Virus record (IMG/VR): IMGVR_UViG_3300045988_182772
Reading direction: 5' to 3' (one strand)
Length of the DNA stretch: 64,000 nt
Source of the DNA: a virus
The position numbers were made by a program, and so were the translations under genes. Of the stretch, positions 19,873 to 30,725 are shown piece by piece. The stretch's first letter is position 1. Each line of letters starts with the position of its first letter. The notes under the pieces were generated by a model. The model did not search any database. It was given only the letters and a program-made list of their open reading frames with translations, and was not told where the DNA came from.

Positions 19873-20394
19873 ATGAAAGAACAAAATCTCACCAACCGCA
19901 CTGTATGGAGCCGTGAAGTGCTCAAGGGTTCCCTGGAGGGGCTTATTATCGCTCTTCTTTTGTTCCGAATCCTGTTCAATGTTGTTGTGGTGTCCGGCCC
20001 TTCTATGGTGCCGACGCTTGCGGACAATAGTGTGATTCTGACAAATCACATTAAGCCGAATCTGGAGTTTGAGAGCATTGTTGTTTGCAATTCGAGCGGT
20101 CTGGATGAAAATATCGTTAAGCGCATTATTGGTTGCCCCGGTGATACCATCGACATTGATTTCGAACAGGGGGTGGTCTATCGCAACGGAATCGCGCTGA
20201 GTGAACCGTACACGAATACCCCGACCAACATCGAATATGACGATGGCATATCGTTTCCTCTCACCGTGGAGGAGGACTATTACTTTGTGCTGGGGGATAA
20301 TCGAAACAACAGCCTTGACAGCCGTAGCTCCATTGTCGGATTGATTCCGAGAACGGACATCGAGTCGTCCTATGTACTCACTATCATCGGGTAA
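19873..20394 (+). CDS. signal peptidase I (S26 family)
   Basis: SGPSMVPTL (catalytic Ser box). GDNRNNSLDSRS. RIIGCPGDTI. Confidence 0.8.
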   Translation: MKEQNLTNRTVWSREVLKGSLEGLIIALLLFRILFNVVVVSGPSMVPTLADNSVILTNHIKPNLEFESIVVCNSSGLDENIVKRIIGCPGDTIDIDFEQGVVYRNGIALSEPYTNTPTNIEYDDGISFPLTVEEDYYFVLGDNRNNSLDSRSSIVGLIPRTDIESSYVLTIIG

Positions 20395-20414
20395 TCATTG
20401 AAAAACAAGAAGAA

Positions 20415-20455
20415 GGCCTATGAGCGGGATTCCGTTCATAGGTCTTTTACTTTTG
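20415..20455 (+). terminator. rho-independent terminator
   Basis: cctatga...tcatagg followed by tcttttactttt. Confidence 0.55.
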
Positions 20456-20551
20456 AAAATCCGCAAAAAAATTGACTTTTGAATGAAAGGTTGTAATAAT
20501 AAAAGCGTAGGGCAATAAGATGCCCAAAATAACGCAAAGGAGGCAATAGCA

Positions 20552-21805
20552 ATGGTCAAAAAAGATGGAGCAGCTGCTTCAATCGAGGAAAACGCTGAAG
20601 TGCAGGCTCCCGCTGAGGAACAGAGCAACGTCCAATCCTCCACCGCAGAGAGCGTTGAAACGCAGGCCCCCAATGAGGAGGACGCAGAGATGCAGGCACT
20701 CTTTGAAGGGCTTGATGGAAACGAACCTGAGCAGTCCGGCGCGGAGGAAACCGCTCCCAAAGGGAAGCCTACCCGTGCTGATGTACTGAGGGAGGCAAGA
20801 CGGCGGAGAGCGGAAAGAAGTGAGTCTGTCCGTGCTTATCAGGAGTTTCTTATCGGACTTTCTTCGTTGACGGTCGCAGCCAAAAACCACAGCATCGTAA
20901 ACGGTCTCGTCTCTCATATTGAGCAGCGAAACGATGTGGATTCGGAAGTTCCCTGTGTCATGATTATCGCGCTCGTAGAGGGCCGCTACAAGGTTTCCAT
21001 TCCCTTTGACGAGTTTTATCAGAAGAATCCCATTGATATGGCGACGGTAAATATGGAAACTAAGGCCGGTCGTGAAGAGTACGTCAACCGCTGCGCTACG
21101 ATGGCGGCAAAGTTGTATTCCCTGAATGTGCCGATGGTGATTACGACTATCCAGGTCGATGAAAGCACCGATGCTGAAGCCGGAGTTCCGGCTTATGTCA
21201 TTGTCGCGTCCCGTAAGGCTGCGCTCGACATTATTGAGGAGGCAAATTACGGAGACCGACCTGACGGTGATGGCCCGCGCATTCAGGAAGGCGATTTTGT
21301 TCGTGCTCAGATTACCTCTGTGGCACGCGACAGCATTGCCGTTGTGGTTGGCGGAGTCGATACGCGGGTGTCGCTCCACGCCCTGACTTTCGAGTACCTT
21401 GTTGACGCGAGAACCAAATACAAGGTGGGGCAGGAAATTATGGTTCAGGTAGAACAAATCATCAAAGAGAAAGATGGCCACCACATCGTCGAGGTGAACT
21501 GTAAGCAGCCTGAGTTGGAGCGTGCGAAGCAAATGCGCAGTGCTCTTCCAATCGGCTCCATCGTGTTTGGCATCGTATCTTCCGTGGCTGCGAGTAAGAA
21601 GCAGCCTGGGAATATCAATGTGTTGGCGTATATCAAGATGTACGATTTACCCGTACTCGTGAACAATATGCCTGCGAAATTCCTTGGGAGCGAGCCTCCG
21701 CGTGGTTCGACCGTCCGGCTGAAGGTTCTTAATTATTTGGACAACGGGATGATTCTGTGCCGGTGCATCGGCACCCAAGGCCCCATGAATTTCCCCAACG
21801 CCTGA
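20552..21805 (+). CDS. hypothetical protein with acidic N-terminus (417 aa)
   Basis: Promoter ttgact-N17-tgtaataat upstream. RBS aaggagg. No recognisable motif. Confidence 0.4.
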   Translation: MVKKDGAAASIEENAEVQAPAEEQSNVQSSTAESVETQAPNEEDAEMQALFEGLDGNEPEQSGAEETAPKGKPTRADVLREARRRRAERSESVRAYQEFLIGLSSLTVAAKNHSIVNGLVSHIEQRNDVDSEVPCVMIIALVEGRYKVSIPFDEFYQKNPIDMATVNMETKAGREEYVNRCATMAAKLYSLNVPMVITTIQVDESTDAEAGVPAYVIVASRKAALDIIEEANYGDRPDGDGPRIQEGDFVRAQITSVARDSIAVVVGGVDTRVSLHALTFEYLVDARTKYKVGQEIMVQVEQIIKEKDGHHIVEVNCKQPELERAKQMRSALPIGSIVFGIVSSVAASKKQPGNINVLAYIKMYDLPVLVNNMPAKFLGSEPPRGSTVRLKVLNYLDNGMILCRCIGTQGPMNFPNA

Positions 21806-21816
21806 CGACCGTTTCG

Positions 21817-21860
21817 GTGCGGCTCCCCTCCACTCGGAGTCGGAGCCGCGCTTTTCTTTG
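21817..21860 (+). terminator. rho-independent terminator
   Basis: gcggctcc...ggagccgc followed by cttttcttt. Confidence 0.55.
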
Positions 21861-22000
21861 AAACGGCTTTTTTGAAAGGAGGCTTGCATTCTCGTGAGCG
21901 ATAAGCGTAACGAGGACTTGAAACAGTTCATTATTCCAGAAAATTTTATGGGAGAATCCAGACTATTTCAAGGGCAGTTAAAGACACGCAATGTAGTGGA

Positions 22001-22759
22001 TTGATTTCGGGGGTATTGGCAATTTTCTTTTGGAATGTCATTTCAGTTCCTATCACCACAAAAATATCCCTGGTCATATTCCTTTCCGCACCACTTGGCC
22101 TGCTTGGCTTGTTTGGAGTGAACGGCGACCCGCTGTCCACCTTTATCAAGATTTTCTTTTCATGGCGAAGAAAACGGGGGCTGATGCTGTTCAACAACGA
22201 AGCACGAGCGTTGAAGGAAGCCCCCATTAAGCTCATGATGTCGGAAGATGGCATGGGCGACAAACTCAGGGATTTTCTGGATACCAGAAAGGAAAAGAAG
22301 GCCGCCGAACGGGCGAGTCAGGAGATGGTTGAAGGCAAAACATTCGAGTTTGCACCTGACAGTTCACTTGAGGGCAACTACATTGATGAAGATGACGATG
22401 GCGATGGAACGCCGAGCGGCAGCGCCGGCAATCGCCATAAAACAAAGCACAACCAATCCTTCGTTGAAGTGGAAGTCCTGGAAGAGGATGACGATACCTC
22501 GTTGGAACTGGACGGATTTACGGAGGATATCGACAGCAGCACCGTTGAGGAATCTGGTCTGCCGTTGCCGGATTTGGGCGGGGCCGACGATGTGGAATTG
22601 AGCAACGATGACACTAACGAGATGCCTGACGCCGAGGAATCTGACGATAATCCCCCCGCGTGTGAAACGCAACTGGAGCCTGCGGCAGAGGATAATTCTG
22701 ACGCCGAAGGCGACGCGGATGGGGAAGATGAAGAACTTGACGAGGAGGATTTGTTTTAA
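22001..22759 (+). CDS. VirB3-like small membrane protein with acidic C-terminal tail (precedes VirB4)
   Basis: Two TM segments at the N-terminus. Long D/E-rich tail. Stop overlaps the VirB4 start (TAATG). Confidence 0.4.
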   Translation: MISGVLAIFFWNVISVPITTKISLVIFLSAPLGLLGLFGVNGDPLSTFIKIFFSWRRKRGLMLFNNEARALKEAPIKLMMSEDGMGDKLRDFLDTRKEKKAAERASQEMVEGKTFEFAPDSSLEGNYIDEDDDGDGTPSGSAGNRHKTKHNQSFVEVEVLEEDDDTSLELDGFTEDIDSSTVEESGLPLPDLGGADDVELSNDDTNEMPDAEESDDNPPACETQLEPAAEDNSDAEGDADGEDEELDEEDLF

Positions 22760-25251
22760 TGTCCAGAAAACTGAAGCAAGTAATAAGCTGCCAATCTTTC
22801 TCGCCCATAAGTGATGTCCGTGACGGCATCATCGTCACGAAAGACGGGAAATTTGTGAAGTTGATGGAGTTCTCTCCTATCAACTACGGCTTACGGTCAA
22901 ACGAGGATAAGAACATGATTACGGCACAATATGCGGCCGCAATCCGCTCGTTTCCAAGCGTTGTCCAAATCAAAGTTCTGTCCAATCGCGCAAATGTCGA
23001 ACACTATATTTCCGGCATGGTGGAAAGCGTGCGCCATGAAAAGAATGAAGGAACCCGTGAACTGATGCGGGAGCAAATCGACATGATGTCAGAATTTGGC
23101 GCATCGCAAGGCGTATCCCGTCGCTTCTTTCTCGCATTCCAGTATGAGGAAGAAGAGGGATTCGCACATCGTTCACCATCATGGAATGAAATCAGAAGCA
23201 CCATTACGAGACAGGAGGACGCCATCAGAAGCAACCTTCGGGCCTGCGGCAACATTATGATTTCAAGGCCTCACGATGACGTCTATGTGCTTTCCACGCT
23301 TTACGATATCATGTCCAGAGCACAGAGCGCGAACCACCCGTTTGACGAGAGAATGGCGGATGTTGTTGCCCGATATACGGCGGCAAACATCGACTTCACG
23401 CGAGATAGCGCGGCGCATCTTCCTGTCAATGATGTGCTTGCTCCGTACTGCATTGATACGGAGTCAAGTCCCCGATATATCATCGTGGATGGCATCTACT
23501 ATATGTGCTGCTATCTTCCGAGCAATGCCTATCCTGTGCGCGTTCTTGGCGGCTGGATGCAGCTGCTGGCAGGGCTGGGAGAGGGGATTGATGTGGATGT
23601 TTGGCTTCAGAAGATTTCACCGGAGAAAATTCAAACGGCACTGCATCATGGCCTGCGGTTCAATGCAATGCGCTTCCGCAACACAGAAACCACCAGTAGT
23701 GACTACGATGATGTGAAGGCTGCGGTGGACGCAGGATACTATCTGAAAAGCTCTCTCGCGGCCGGCGACGAATTTGCCTATATGTCTACAATGCTCACTA
23801 TTACAGGCGAAAGCGAGCGAGAAATTGACTACAAATTCAAGGAAATCCGGCGCATTTTCATTGAGAGAGAATTGACTCTCAAGCCTTGTACTTTCCAGCA
23901 AGCAGAAGCGTTTCGCTCCACCATTCCCGTATGTGAGTATGACAAAAACCTATTCCGTAAGAGCCGCAGAAATATTCTGTGTTCTGATTTTGCGTCCACC
24001 TATATGTTCACATCTTCGGAGCTGTGCGATAAGGACGGCGTGATGCTGGGCGTGGATGATGTGTTCAAATCACCGGTTCTGGTCAACTTCTTCGACCGCC
24101 AGCAATACATCAATGCCAACATCAATATTGTCGGCTCCTCTGGCTCCGGTAAGACCTTCACCACGCAGGTTCTGGCTTTGAGAATGCGGGAGAAGGGGGT
24201 TCAAACCTTCATTATCGCGCCGCTGAAAGGCAAGGAGTTCCTGCCGCTTTGTGAGAAGGTCGGGGGCAGTTTCATTGAAATCAAACCTGGCTCCGGACAG
24301 AATATCAATATCATGGAGATACGCAAGAAGGAAGAGGGCAACGTCTACGATGACGATGGTGCGTTGGTCACTTCCGGCTCGATTTTGGCACAGAAAATCC
24401 AGCAGCTTCTCATTTTCTTTAAGCTGATTATCCCGGACATGACGCCAGAAGAGGTGCAGTATGTGGATGACGCGCTGCTGAAAACTTACGGCAATTTCGG
24501 AATTACCCATAAGAACAAGAGCCTGTTGGACCCCAACGACAAGAAGAAATACCGTAAAATGCCTATCCTTTCGGATGTATATTCTGAGCTGGAAAAGATG
24601 GGCGCACCAGCAAATCGTTTGTGCCGTTTGCTGACGCGATACACCACAGGTTCTGCATCTTCGTTCAACGCGCAAACCAATGTGAACCTTAACAACAAGT
24701 TCGTAGTGCTGGATGTTTCCGATGCGCAGAAAGACTTTCTTCCTGTGGCTATGTTCCTTGCATTGGATTATGTTTGGGATAAATGCAAAGAAAATCGGAA
24801 CGTCAACAAGTGTGTTTTCATTGACGAGACTTGGCGCTTGGTCTGCTCCGATGCACCTATCGAAGCCGCCAATTTCGTGGTCGAAATCTTCCGTACTATC
24901 CGAGGCTTCGGTGGAAGCGCCGTCGCTGCCACGCAGAATATCGCAGACTTCTTCTCTGCGGGAATTGGCACCGCCATCATCGGAAACGCCAAAATCAAAA
25001 TGATTTTGCGCAGCGAAAAAGAGGAAGCAAACGCGATTGCGGATGCGATTGGTCTGACCGACGAGGAACTCAAGCGTGTAAAAACCATGGACCGTGGAAC
25101 CTGTCTCCTGACCGCAAATGAGAACCACATTTTCATCAATGTTAAGGCGACGGATACGGAAGAATACCTGATAACGACTGACCCCAAAGCAAGAGCCGCT
25201 GCGAAGCGCCGAATTGAGCAGAAGCGTACTTGCGCTGCCTTCAGGCGCTGA
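22759..25251 (+). CDS. VirB4-family T4SS ATPase (TcpF/CagE/TrbE-like)
   Basis: Walker A GSSGSGKT. Walker B VFIDETWRL. 830 aa. Confidence 0.85.
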   Translation: MSRKLKQVISCQSFSPISDVRDGIIVTKDGKFVKLMEFSPINYGLRSNEDKNMITAQYAAAIRSFPSVVQIKVLSNRANVEHYISGMVESVRHEKNEGTRELMREQIDMMSEFGASQGVSRRFFLAFQYEEEEGFAHRSPSWNEIRSTITRQEDAIRSNLRACGNIMISRPHDDVYVLSTLYDIMSRAQSANHPFDERMADVVARYTAANIDFTRDSAAHLPVNDVLAPYCIDTESSPRYIIVDGIYYMCCYLPSNAYPVRVLGGWMQLLAGLGEGIDVDVWLQKISPEKIQTALHHGLRFNAMRFRNTETTSSDYDDVKAAVDAGYYLKSSLAAGDEFAYMSTMLTITGESEREIDYKFKEIRRIFIERELTLKPCTFQQAEAFRSTIPVCEYDKNLFRKSRRNILCSDFASTYMFTSSELCDKDGVMLGVDDVFKSPVLVNFFDRQQYINANINIVGSSGSGKTFTTQVLALRMREKGVQTFIIAPLKGKEFLPLCEKVGGSFIEIKPGSGQNINIMEIRKKEEGNVYDDDGALVTSGSILAQKIQQLLIFFKLIIPDMTPEEVQYVDDALLKTYGNFGITHKNKSLLDPNDKKKYRKMPILSDVYSELEKMGAPANRLCRLLTRYTTGSASSFNAQTNVNLNNKFVVLDVSDAQKDFLPVAMFLALDYVWDKCKENRNVNKCVFIDETWRLVCSDAPIEAANFVVEIFRTIRGFGGSAVAATQNIADFFSAGIGTAIIGNAKIKMILRSEKEEANAIADAIGLTDEELKRVKTMDRGTCLLTANENHIFINVKATDTEEYLITTDPKARAAAKRRIEQKRTCAAFRR

Positions 25252-25281
25252 TTTCAATGGAAAAAACTATTTACAAGAGAG

Positions 25282-25902
25282 GTGCTGACTATGTTATATG
25301 AAGCTCCTGTTGACAATTTGAAATGTCTCATGAGGTCATGTACTGTGCTGAGTCGAAGCGGGTTGTATCGCTTTTTCTCTTCGCAGCTTACGCAAGCGCA
25401 GGTTGATTTTCTTATCAATGCGCTGGCAAGCCAACGAGTCCTTGACATCGACGAACAGGACTACGAGCTGATTTGGTTTCACCGGATGGGCCTGAAAACA
25501 TCGAGGCTGAGACCTGAATATGTGAAGGCGAAAATCCGTGCGTTTTGGGTGATTGCTCGTGTCGGATGCGACGCTATTCTGGATGTAACCTCGCTGGACC
25601 ATCCGATGCAGTTCTCCTTCATCGCGAACACGTTGGACGAGAACGGTGAGGAGCGGTATATTCCGTATGATATTGCCGTCTGCAACACCGTTGACATCGC
25701 AAAGGCTGTTGTTTACAAGCGAAGCAAATGCGAACGGAGCGCCATTGAGGAGGAAGCTACGCACATCGCACTGGTAAATAATAAGGAAACCGGCGAGGCA
25801 ATTATGAAAGAATGCCTGGACGAAAATAGCCGCCTTTACCGTGGGTTTGACTGTTTCTGTACGCTGGATAATAACAATATTCCGAGGTATGTCTCATGGT
25901 GA
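25282..25902 (+). CDS. hypothetical protein (206 aa)
   Basis: ORF with RBS agaggtg. No motif. Confidence 0.35.
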   Translation: MLTMLYEAPVDNLKCLMRSCTVLSRSGLYRFFSSQLTQAQVDFLINALASQRVLDIDEQDYELIWFHRMGLKTSRLRPEYVKAKIRAFWVIARVGCDAILDVTSLDHPMQFSFIANTLDENGEERYIPYDIAVCNTVDIAKAVVYKRSKCERSAIEEEATHIALVNNKETGEAIMKECLDENSRLYRGFDCFCTLDNNNIPRYVSW

Positions 25903-26714
25903 ATTCAACTTTGCCGGATGAAGAATTCGTGTTGACGCTCATGCAAATCGACGAGGCAAAGTCCGTGGCAGAGGAAGTTGCAGGGGAAGCAAATGCGCTG
26001 AATAACCTTGCAGGAAGTGTGTTGAAGCTGTCTGAAAAAGTGGAGCACGACCACGGCTTTCTTGAACGCGAAGCAAATCAAATCGACGCACAGAAAATTG
26101 TGAAGTCCTTCTACGTTTCAGGACTCGTCCACACACACTCGCTGTATCAAGCAATCATCGCACCGAATACCGCAGGCGGACTTCTTTCGCAAGCAGCTGT
26201 TCAGAGGGAAAACTATCTTGCATTTGGCGCTGAAATCGAGGGAATCCGCACTTTCCTCTCGGAGGGAAAGCTGCTAATAAAGTTGCCGATGTTGCCTGTC
26301 ATTTGGAGCCGAAGTTACGCACTTACACATATCGAAAAGGCCTCTGCTTTGAAGCGGTTCTTCTCCTTTTTTACGCAGTCTTTGCACGAGAGCCTGATGC
26401 TTCTTGACAACGAAATTCCCCCGTTCCCAAGTCAAAGCATCAACTATATTTTTGTGTTTCCTTGCTCGGAAAATATCGTTGTTGACTGCGATAATTTCGA
26501 CACAAAAGCAATCACAGACACCATTTGCCTGCATACTTTTTGCGATGACTCCGCAGAAAAAACCAGCTTTCACATGACGGGTTTTCGCTCCGATGATGTT
26601 CCACGAGGAACCTACATTTGCGTCTGTCCGGACAAATTTTCGTCCGCAAATCCGCACGAAATCATTCAAATTTTCCATCAGAATTTTGCTGATTCACCGG
26701 CAAAAAAAGGCTGA
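25896..26714 (+). CDS. hypothetical protein (272 aa)
   Basis: Overlaps the previous stop (coupled). No motif. Confidence 0.35.
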   Translation: MVNSTLPDEEFVLTLMQIDEAKSVAEEVAGEANALNNLAGSVLKLSEKVEHDHGFLEREANQIDAQKIVKSFYVSGLVHTHSLYQAIIAPNTAGGLLSQAAVQRENYLAFGAEIEGIRTFLSEGKLLIKLPMLPVIWSRSYALTHIEKASALKRFFSFFTQSLHESLMLLDNEIPPFPSQSINYIFVFPCSENIVVDCDNFDTKAITDTICLHTFCDDSAEKTSFHMTGFRSDDVPRGTYICVCPDKFSSANPHEIIQIFHQNFADSPAKKG

Positions 26715-27005
26715 AAAAGCATACAAAAAAATCGACATTCGCAAAAACGGTTTATTTGTATACAAAAAAGCCGCAAAAACCGTGATTTTGCAAAGGCTCC
26801 AAAGCACGGTCAGCGGAATTTTCCGTCATGCTCAGGAGTCAGCGGAGAAAGCAATCATTTTTTGGACTTTTAAGCCATCTGCTGCCATCTTGGTAACTGT
26901 CAGAGAAATCAGGCGCTTATTTCCGCATAGGCAGAGGTCGATAACAGCCGCTGAGCGGCTCGGTAAAAGAGCCTGTAAAAGAATGAAAGAGAGGAGGTCT
27001 CAAAG

Positions 27006-28394
27006 ATGGAGCGATTGACCTGCTATGAAAGCATCCTATACCAACTGCTTGTGTTCAATTATGCGACCAAGAAATCTCTTCTCTTACTCAACTTTTCAAA
27101 AGATGCCATCTATCGTGCTGTTGAACGCGGGTTGGAAGAACGAACCATCAGTGATGGGCGAATGACATACAACATCAAAGGCGTATCTCGCAAACATCAA
27201 CTGACGTATCTCACTATAACACCAATCGGCATTGAATACCTCAAGCAGAAATGCTCACATAAAATCCAATGGCTTTCCAATCTCAGCGTCGAGGAATCCG
27301 AAAGAGTGCAAATCAAAGGCACGCGCTTTTCAACGAATTACGCGGAACGGTTCCTTCGGTCAACAGTGTCAATGCAAATGGCGGTGGAAGCTGGCATCAG
27401 CGGGAAGATGATGTTTATAGTCAGGAGCGAGGCGGAAACGGAGAAGAGCGTTTTAGCCTCCAAACAGAAGATGAACACCGACGAGCAATCCAACCGCTGG
27501 TGGCTCGACGACATTGAGAGCATTCTTGGGGAAGATGGTGCGGACAACGACGAGGACGATTACGAGGAGGAGGAATGCGAAGCCGAGTACGAAGTTGTGA
27601 CCTGCGCAGCAGATGACGGAACGCCATTGATGAAGATGATAATGGAAGCAACTAACGGAAATATAACGATTCGGAACAGAGGGGAAAAGAAAGATGGCCC
27701 CATATTCTATTCGTCCGATGAAGTTAAACGGGTCGAGCTGTCAACGCTGTCCGAGGAGCGGAAGAAGCAGGCAGCACGCGGGCTTATGATGTGCAGGCTC
27801 AGCGGTCTTTTAATCGGCTGTTTTCATAGCTACATTGTCTATCTCGCAAACGCGAACGGCATGGATTGGCACGAGCACATTGTATCCAAGGAAATCACAC
27901 TGAAAAACGGCTTTTCCAGAAACGCGAACAGAGCCGGAACCATCTCTCAGCAAAACAACGGAATACTCATTGTAAAGAACGCAAAAGACCTGGCCGACAT
28001 TTACAGCGATAAGTTGAAAAGGCGAAAGCGGAAAGAGTATCTCGGAAAGGGCTTAGACCACCTTTATGTGCTGACGCTGGATAGAAAGGGCGTTGCACAG
28101 ATGCGGACGCTGGCAGAGACTGACGTCGATGCGGAGGAAATGGACATTATAGAGGCGGCGGTCGAGAGCGGCATCTATACGAAGAACACCGATGTGAGTG
28201 CGAAGCTATTTCCGCTCAAGACCAAAGACGGCTTGTTGATATCCGTGGGAACCATTATGGATATCCGGCGAGTCGATACATTGAAAGCAGTCTCGGAAAA
28301 GACGCAGGTAGAGTATGGAATTCTGTGCGAAGAATGGCAGATACCGTACTATGAAGCAATGGAGCAGGATGTCAAATACATGACAGTCTCTTAA
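27006..28394 (+). CDS. hypothetical protein (462 aa) with a central acidic stretch
   Basis: RBS gaggagg. Preceded by a ~290-nt A-rich non-coding region. Confidence 0.4.
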   Translation: MERLTCYESILYQLLVFNYATKKSLLLLNFSKDAIYRAVERGLEERTISDGRMTYNIKGVSRKHQLTYLTITPIGIEYLKQKCSHKIQWLSNLSVEESERVQIKGTRFSTNYAERFLRSTVSMQMAVEAGISGKMMFIVRSEAETEKSVLASKQKMNTDEQSNRWWLDDIESILGEDGADNDEDDYEEEECEAEYEVVTCAADDGTPLMKMIMEATNGNITIRNRGEKKDGPIFYSSDEVKRVELSTLSEERKKQAARGLMMCRLSGLLIGCFHSYIVYLANANGMDWHEHIVSKEITLKNGFSRNANRAGTISQQNNGILIVKNAKDLADIYSDKLKRRKRKEYLGKGLDHLYVLTLDRKGVAQMRTLAETDVDAEEMDIIEAAVESGIYTKNTDVSAKLFPLKTKDGLLISVGTIMDIRRVDTLKAVSEKTQVEYGILCEEWQIPYYEAMEQDVKYMTVS

Positions 28395-28414
28395 CTGCAT
28401 GAGGAGGATACAGC

Positions 28415-28900
28415 ATGGAACAGAAATATTTAGTACGAATCAAAAGCGATGTCAGGGAAGCCGAGTTCGATGTGACCGGCGAGAACGGAGTGTGTACGAG
28501 CGTAAGACTGAAATCACTCCGCTACCTGAAGGCAAACCCGAATAGTGGACATGGGGAAGTAATGGATGCACACATCTATGAGAACGATGACAGCCCTATG
28601 AACTCCAATATGCTCTATAAGTGGATTGTTCTGTGGGGTAGTATCCCGGAGGTCATCAAAGAAGTCGAAACGAACCTGCCCGTTGTTATGCTGGAAACGA
28701 ATGTGGTGTGGGATGGTTTTGAGGAAGACGAAGGAAAATCGGAAATCTGCTATACCTATCCGTTCTCCCACGCATGGGGTGGCAAATACGCAAAGTACGC
28801 AATTTCCAAGGTACTGTTCAGCGGCCAAGGTGAAATGGTCGCAAAAATGTTCAATAAAAATCTGGAAGATGTCCGTGTCCTCGTTCCCGAATTCTGCTGA
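28415..28900 (+). CDS. hypothetical protein (161 aa)
   Basis: RBS gaggagg. Confidence 0.4.
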   Translation: MEQKYLVRIKSDVREAEFDVTGENGVCTSVRLKSLRYLKANPNSGHGEVMDAHIYENDDSPMNSNMLYKWIVLWGSIPEVIKEVETNLPVVMLETNVVWDGFEEDEGKSEICYTYPFSHAWGGKYAKYAISKVLFSGQGEMVAKMFNKNLEDVRVLVPEFC

Positions 28901-28991
28901 GCGAATGCGAAGCTGCGAAGCCAAAAAGTCAGCTTGTCAGAAACCGAGATATACGGTAGAATGAAGACATAGCTTTTGGGGGTGATTGCTT

Positions 28992-30725
28992 ATGTTGGAT
29001 TCCATCAAAGATTGGTTTGTTGACCGGCTTCATAAGTACATGGATGCCGCACGGGAAATTGTGGAGAACGACGAGGGGATAAGGTCTGCGGAAACATACT
29101 ACAGTACAGTCAAGGCAACACTGAAAAAGGAAGCCGCACTGCTCACTAAGACCTTCTGCATCGGCATGGGCGGAATTCTGGCGACCCTGCTGTGCGGATG
29201 GCTCGCCGAACTGCTCGGTCACGGTATCCTCAAGGTGATTAGCGCTGTGCTCGCACTCCTTTGTGTCTGCATTGTGGCCTTCATTTTGCTGGCGGTTATC
29301 GGTTTGTTGTTAATGCTCCGAACCTTCTTCTTTGCAAACCGCAGCATGGCGGACGAGTGGCAGAAAGTCGTATCGGATGAACAGTATGCGGATTATGTGG
29401 AGCAGAGCAAATTCTTGACCATGACTCGCGACAAAAATCAGAGGACAAAATGCCTTATCTATCTGGCCGCCTACGTTGCGGCCTTCGTCCTGGTCGTCTC
29501 GTTGTGGAAGGCTCTCGGCGTCGTATCCTATGTGTTCTGCTACCTTGGCATTGTCCTGCTGATTCCGTACAGCGCCTATTATGTCTCCGTCCTGCTGAAA
29601 GCCCTGTTTGCGACCGGCAAGATGTACGAGTTCAAACCTGGCGTAAGCGGGAAGACCGCGCAGCATATCCGTGAGGAGCGGCAACGCAGGCAGGAAGAGG
29701 CCAGATGCCGGGAAGCGGAGGCGAAGCAGGCCGAGGAAGCAGCGATTGCTGCGGAGCGAAGCGGCATCATCGCCCATGCGCGACAGTACATCGACACGTT
29801 GGAGCGGACGCATCCGGAGTATTGCTGTGTCAGAGCACAGAAGAGAGCGGAAGTAAAAAGCTGGATAATGGAGAAGTGCAGGCTCAATATCCCAGATGCC
29901 TTCTGCGACGCTTACTCCGACCTTACGCTCGGTGAGTGTGTGCTTCTCGAAAAATCGAAAAACATCTTGCACTTGCGCAGCGAAATAGGGGCCACACATT
30001 TTCAACTCAATAGTCAGCTTAATCTGATACTGGAAAGCGTGACTGGTCTCGCGGAAAGCGTGTGCTCGAACTACCGCAATCAAATCGCCAGCGCGGCGGC
30101 GGAAGCCGCTCGTGTGGAGCAGGAGCAGGAGGAGAGGGAGCGCAAAGCACGAGAACTGGGCGAAGCCGGTGAGAAGGAAGTGAATTACAAACTCAAGTGG
30201 TGGCTTGCAGAGCACAGCGCATACCGCAGCATCGCGGCAGACTGCGTGAGCAAGTACAGCGGAGGATGTATCCGTATTGCCGCGTGGGACTATATGAAAG
30301 AGCCGCAGGAAATCGACCACCTTCTCGTAGGACCAGCCGGCGTCATTCATATTGAGACCAAAAACTACGTTGGAACCATCCGCGTCGATGACACGAACTA
30401 TTGGGACCGGGATATGCGAAATGCAGGGCATTTCACCACAACGGAAAGCCCAGCTTTCCAAGTTAAGCGTCACGCTGCCTTACTGTCGAAAATTGTTGGT
30501 GAGGATGTTCCGGTATGCGGCATCATCTGCCTTGCCAACCCAAATGTAAAATTGCAGGATGCGGACAACAGCGAAATCCCGGTCGTAAAACTCGGCGAGC
30601 TGCCGGAACTGCTGGACGCACTGGATAAATCCACCGCCAGCCCTCTGACTGCACAGAAGGTAACAGAAGTGATTGGAAAAATCGAAAAGGCCAAAGTGAG
30701 AGGGGTCACACAGAATGACAAATAA
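28992..30725 (+). CDS. NERD-domain protein with N-terminal TM region and coiled coil
   Basis: Four TM helices. Lys/Glu-rich coiled coil. C-terminal LVGPAGVIHIETKNYVGTIRVDD...FQVKRHAALL resembles a NERD nuclease-related domain. Confidence 0.5.
   Translation: MLDSIKDWFVDRLHKYMDAAREIVENDEGIRSAETYYSTVKATLKKEAALLTKTFCIGMGGILATLLCGWLAELLGHGILKVISAVLALLCVCIVAFILLAVIGLLLMLRTFFFANRSMADEWQKVVSDEQYADYVEQSKFLTMTRDKNQRTKCLIYLAAYVAAFVLVVSLWKALGVVSYVFCYLGIVLLIPYSAYYVSVLLKALFATGKMYEFKPGVSGKTAQHIREERQRRQEEARCREAEAKQAEEAAIAAERSGIIAHARQYIDTLERTHPEYCCVRAQKRAEVKSWIMEKCRLNIPDAFCDAYSDLTLGECVLLEKSKNILHLRSEIGATHFQLNSQLNLILESVTGLAESVCSNYRNQIASAAAEAARVEQEQEERERKARELGEAGEKEVNYKLKWWLAEHSAYRSIAADCVSKYSGGCIRIAAWDYMKEPQEIDHLLVGPAGVIHIETKNYVGTIRVDDTNYWDRDMRNAGHFTTTESPAFQVKRHAALLSKIVGEDVPVCGIICLANPNVKLQDADNSEIPVVKLGELPELLDALDKSTASPLTAQKVTEVIGKIEKAKVRGVTQNDK

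Noticed and set aside
26593-27018. + strand 141-aa ORF spanning the 26.7-27.0 kb intergenic region
   Set aside because: It covers an A-rich repeat-containing non-coding stretch, has no RBS and a Lys/Arg-biased low-complexity translation. It was treated as regulatory DNA.
27006-28394. Possibility that the 462-aa protein is the element's relaxase or Rep
   Set aside because: No HUH or Rep_trans tyrosine-motif pattern could be recognised by eye, so it is left as hypothetical.
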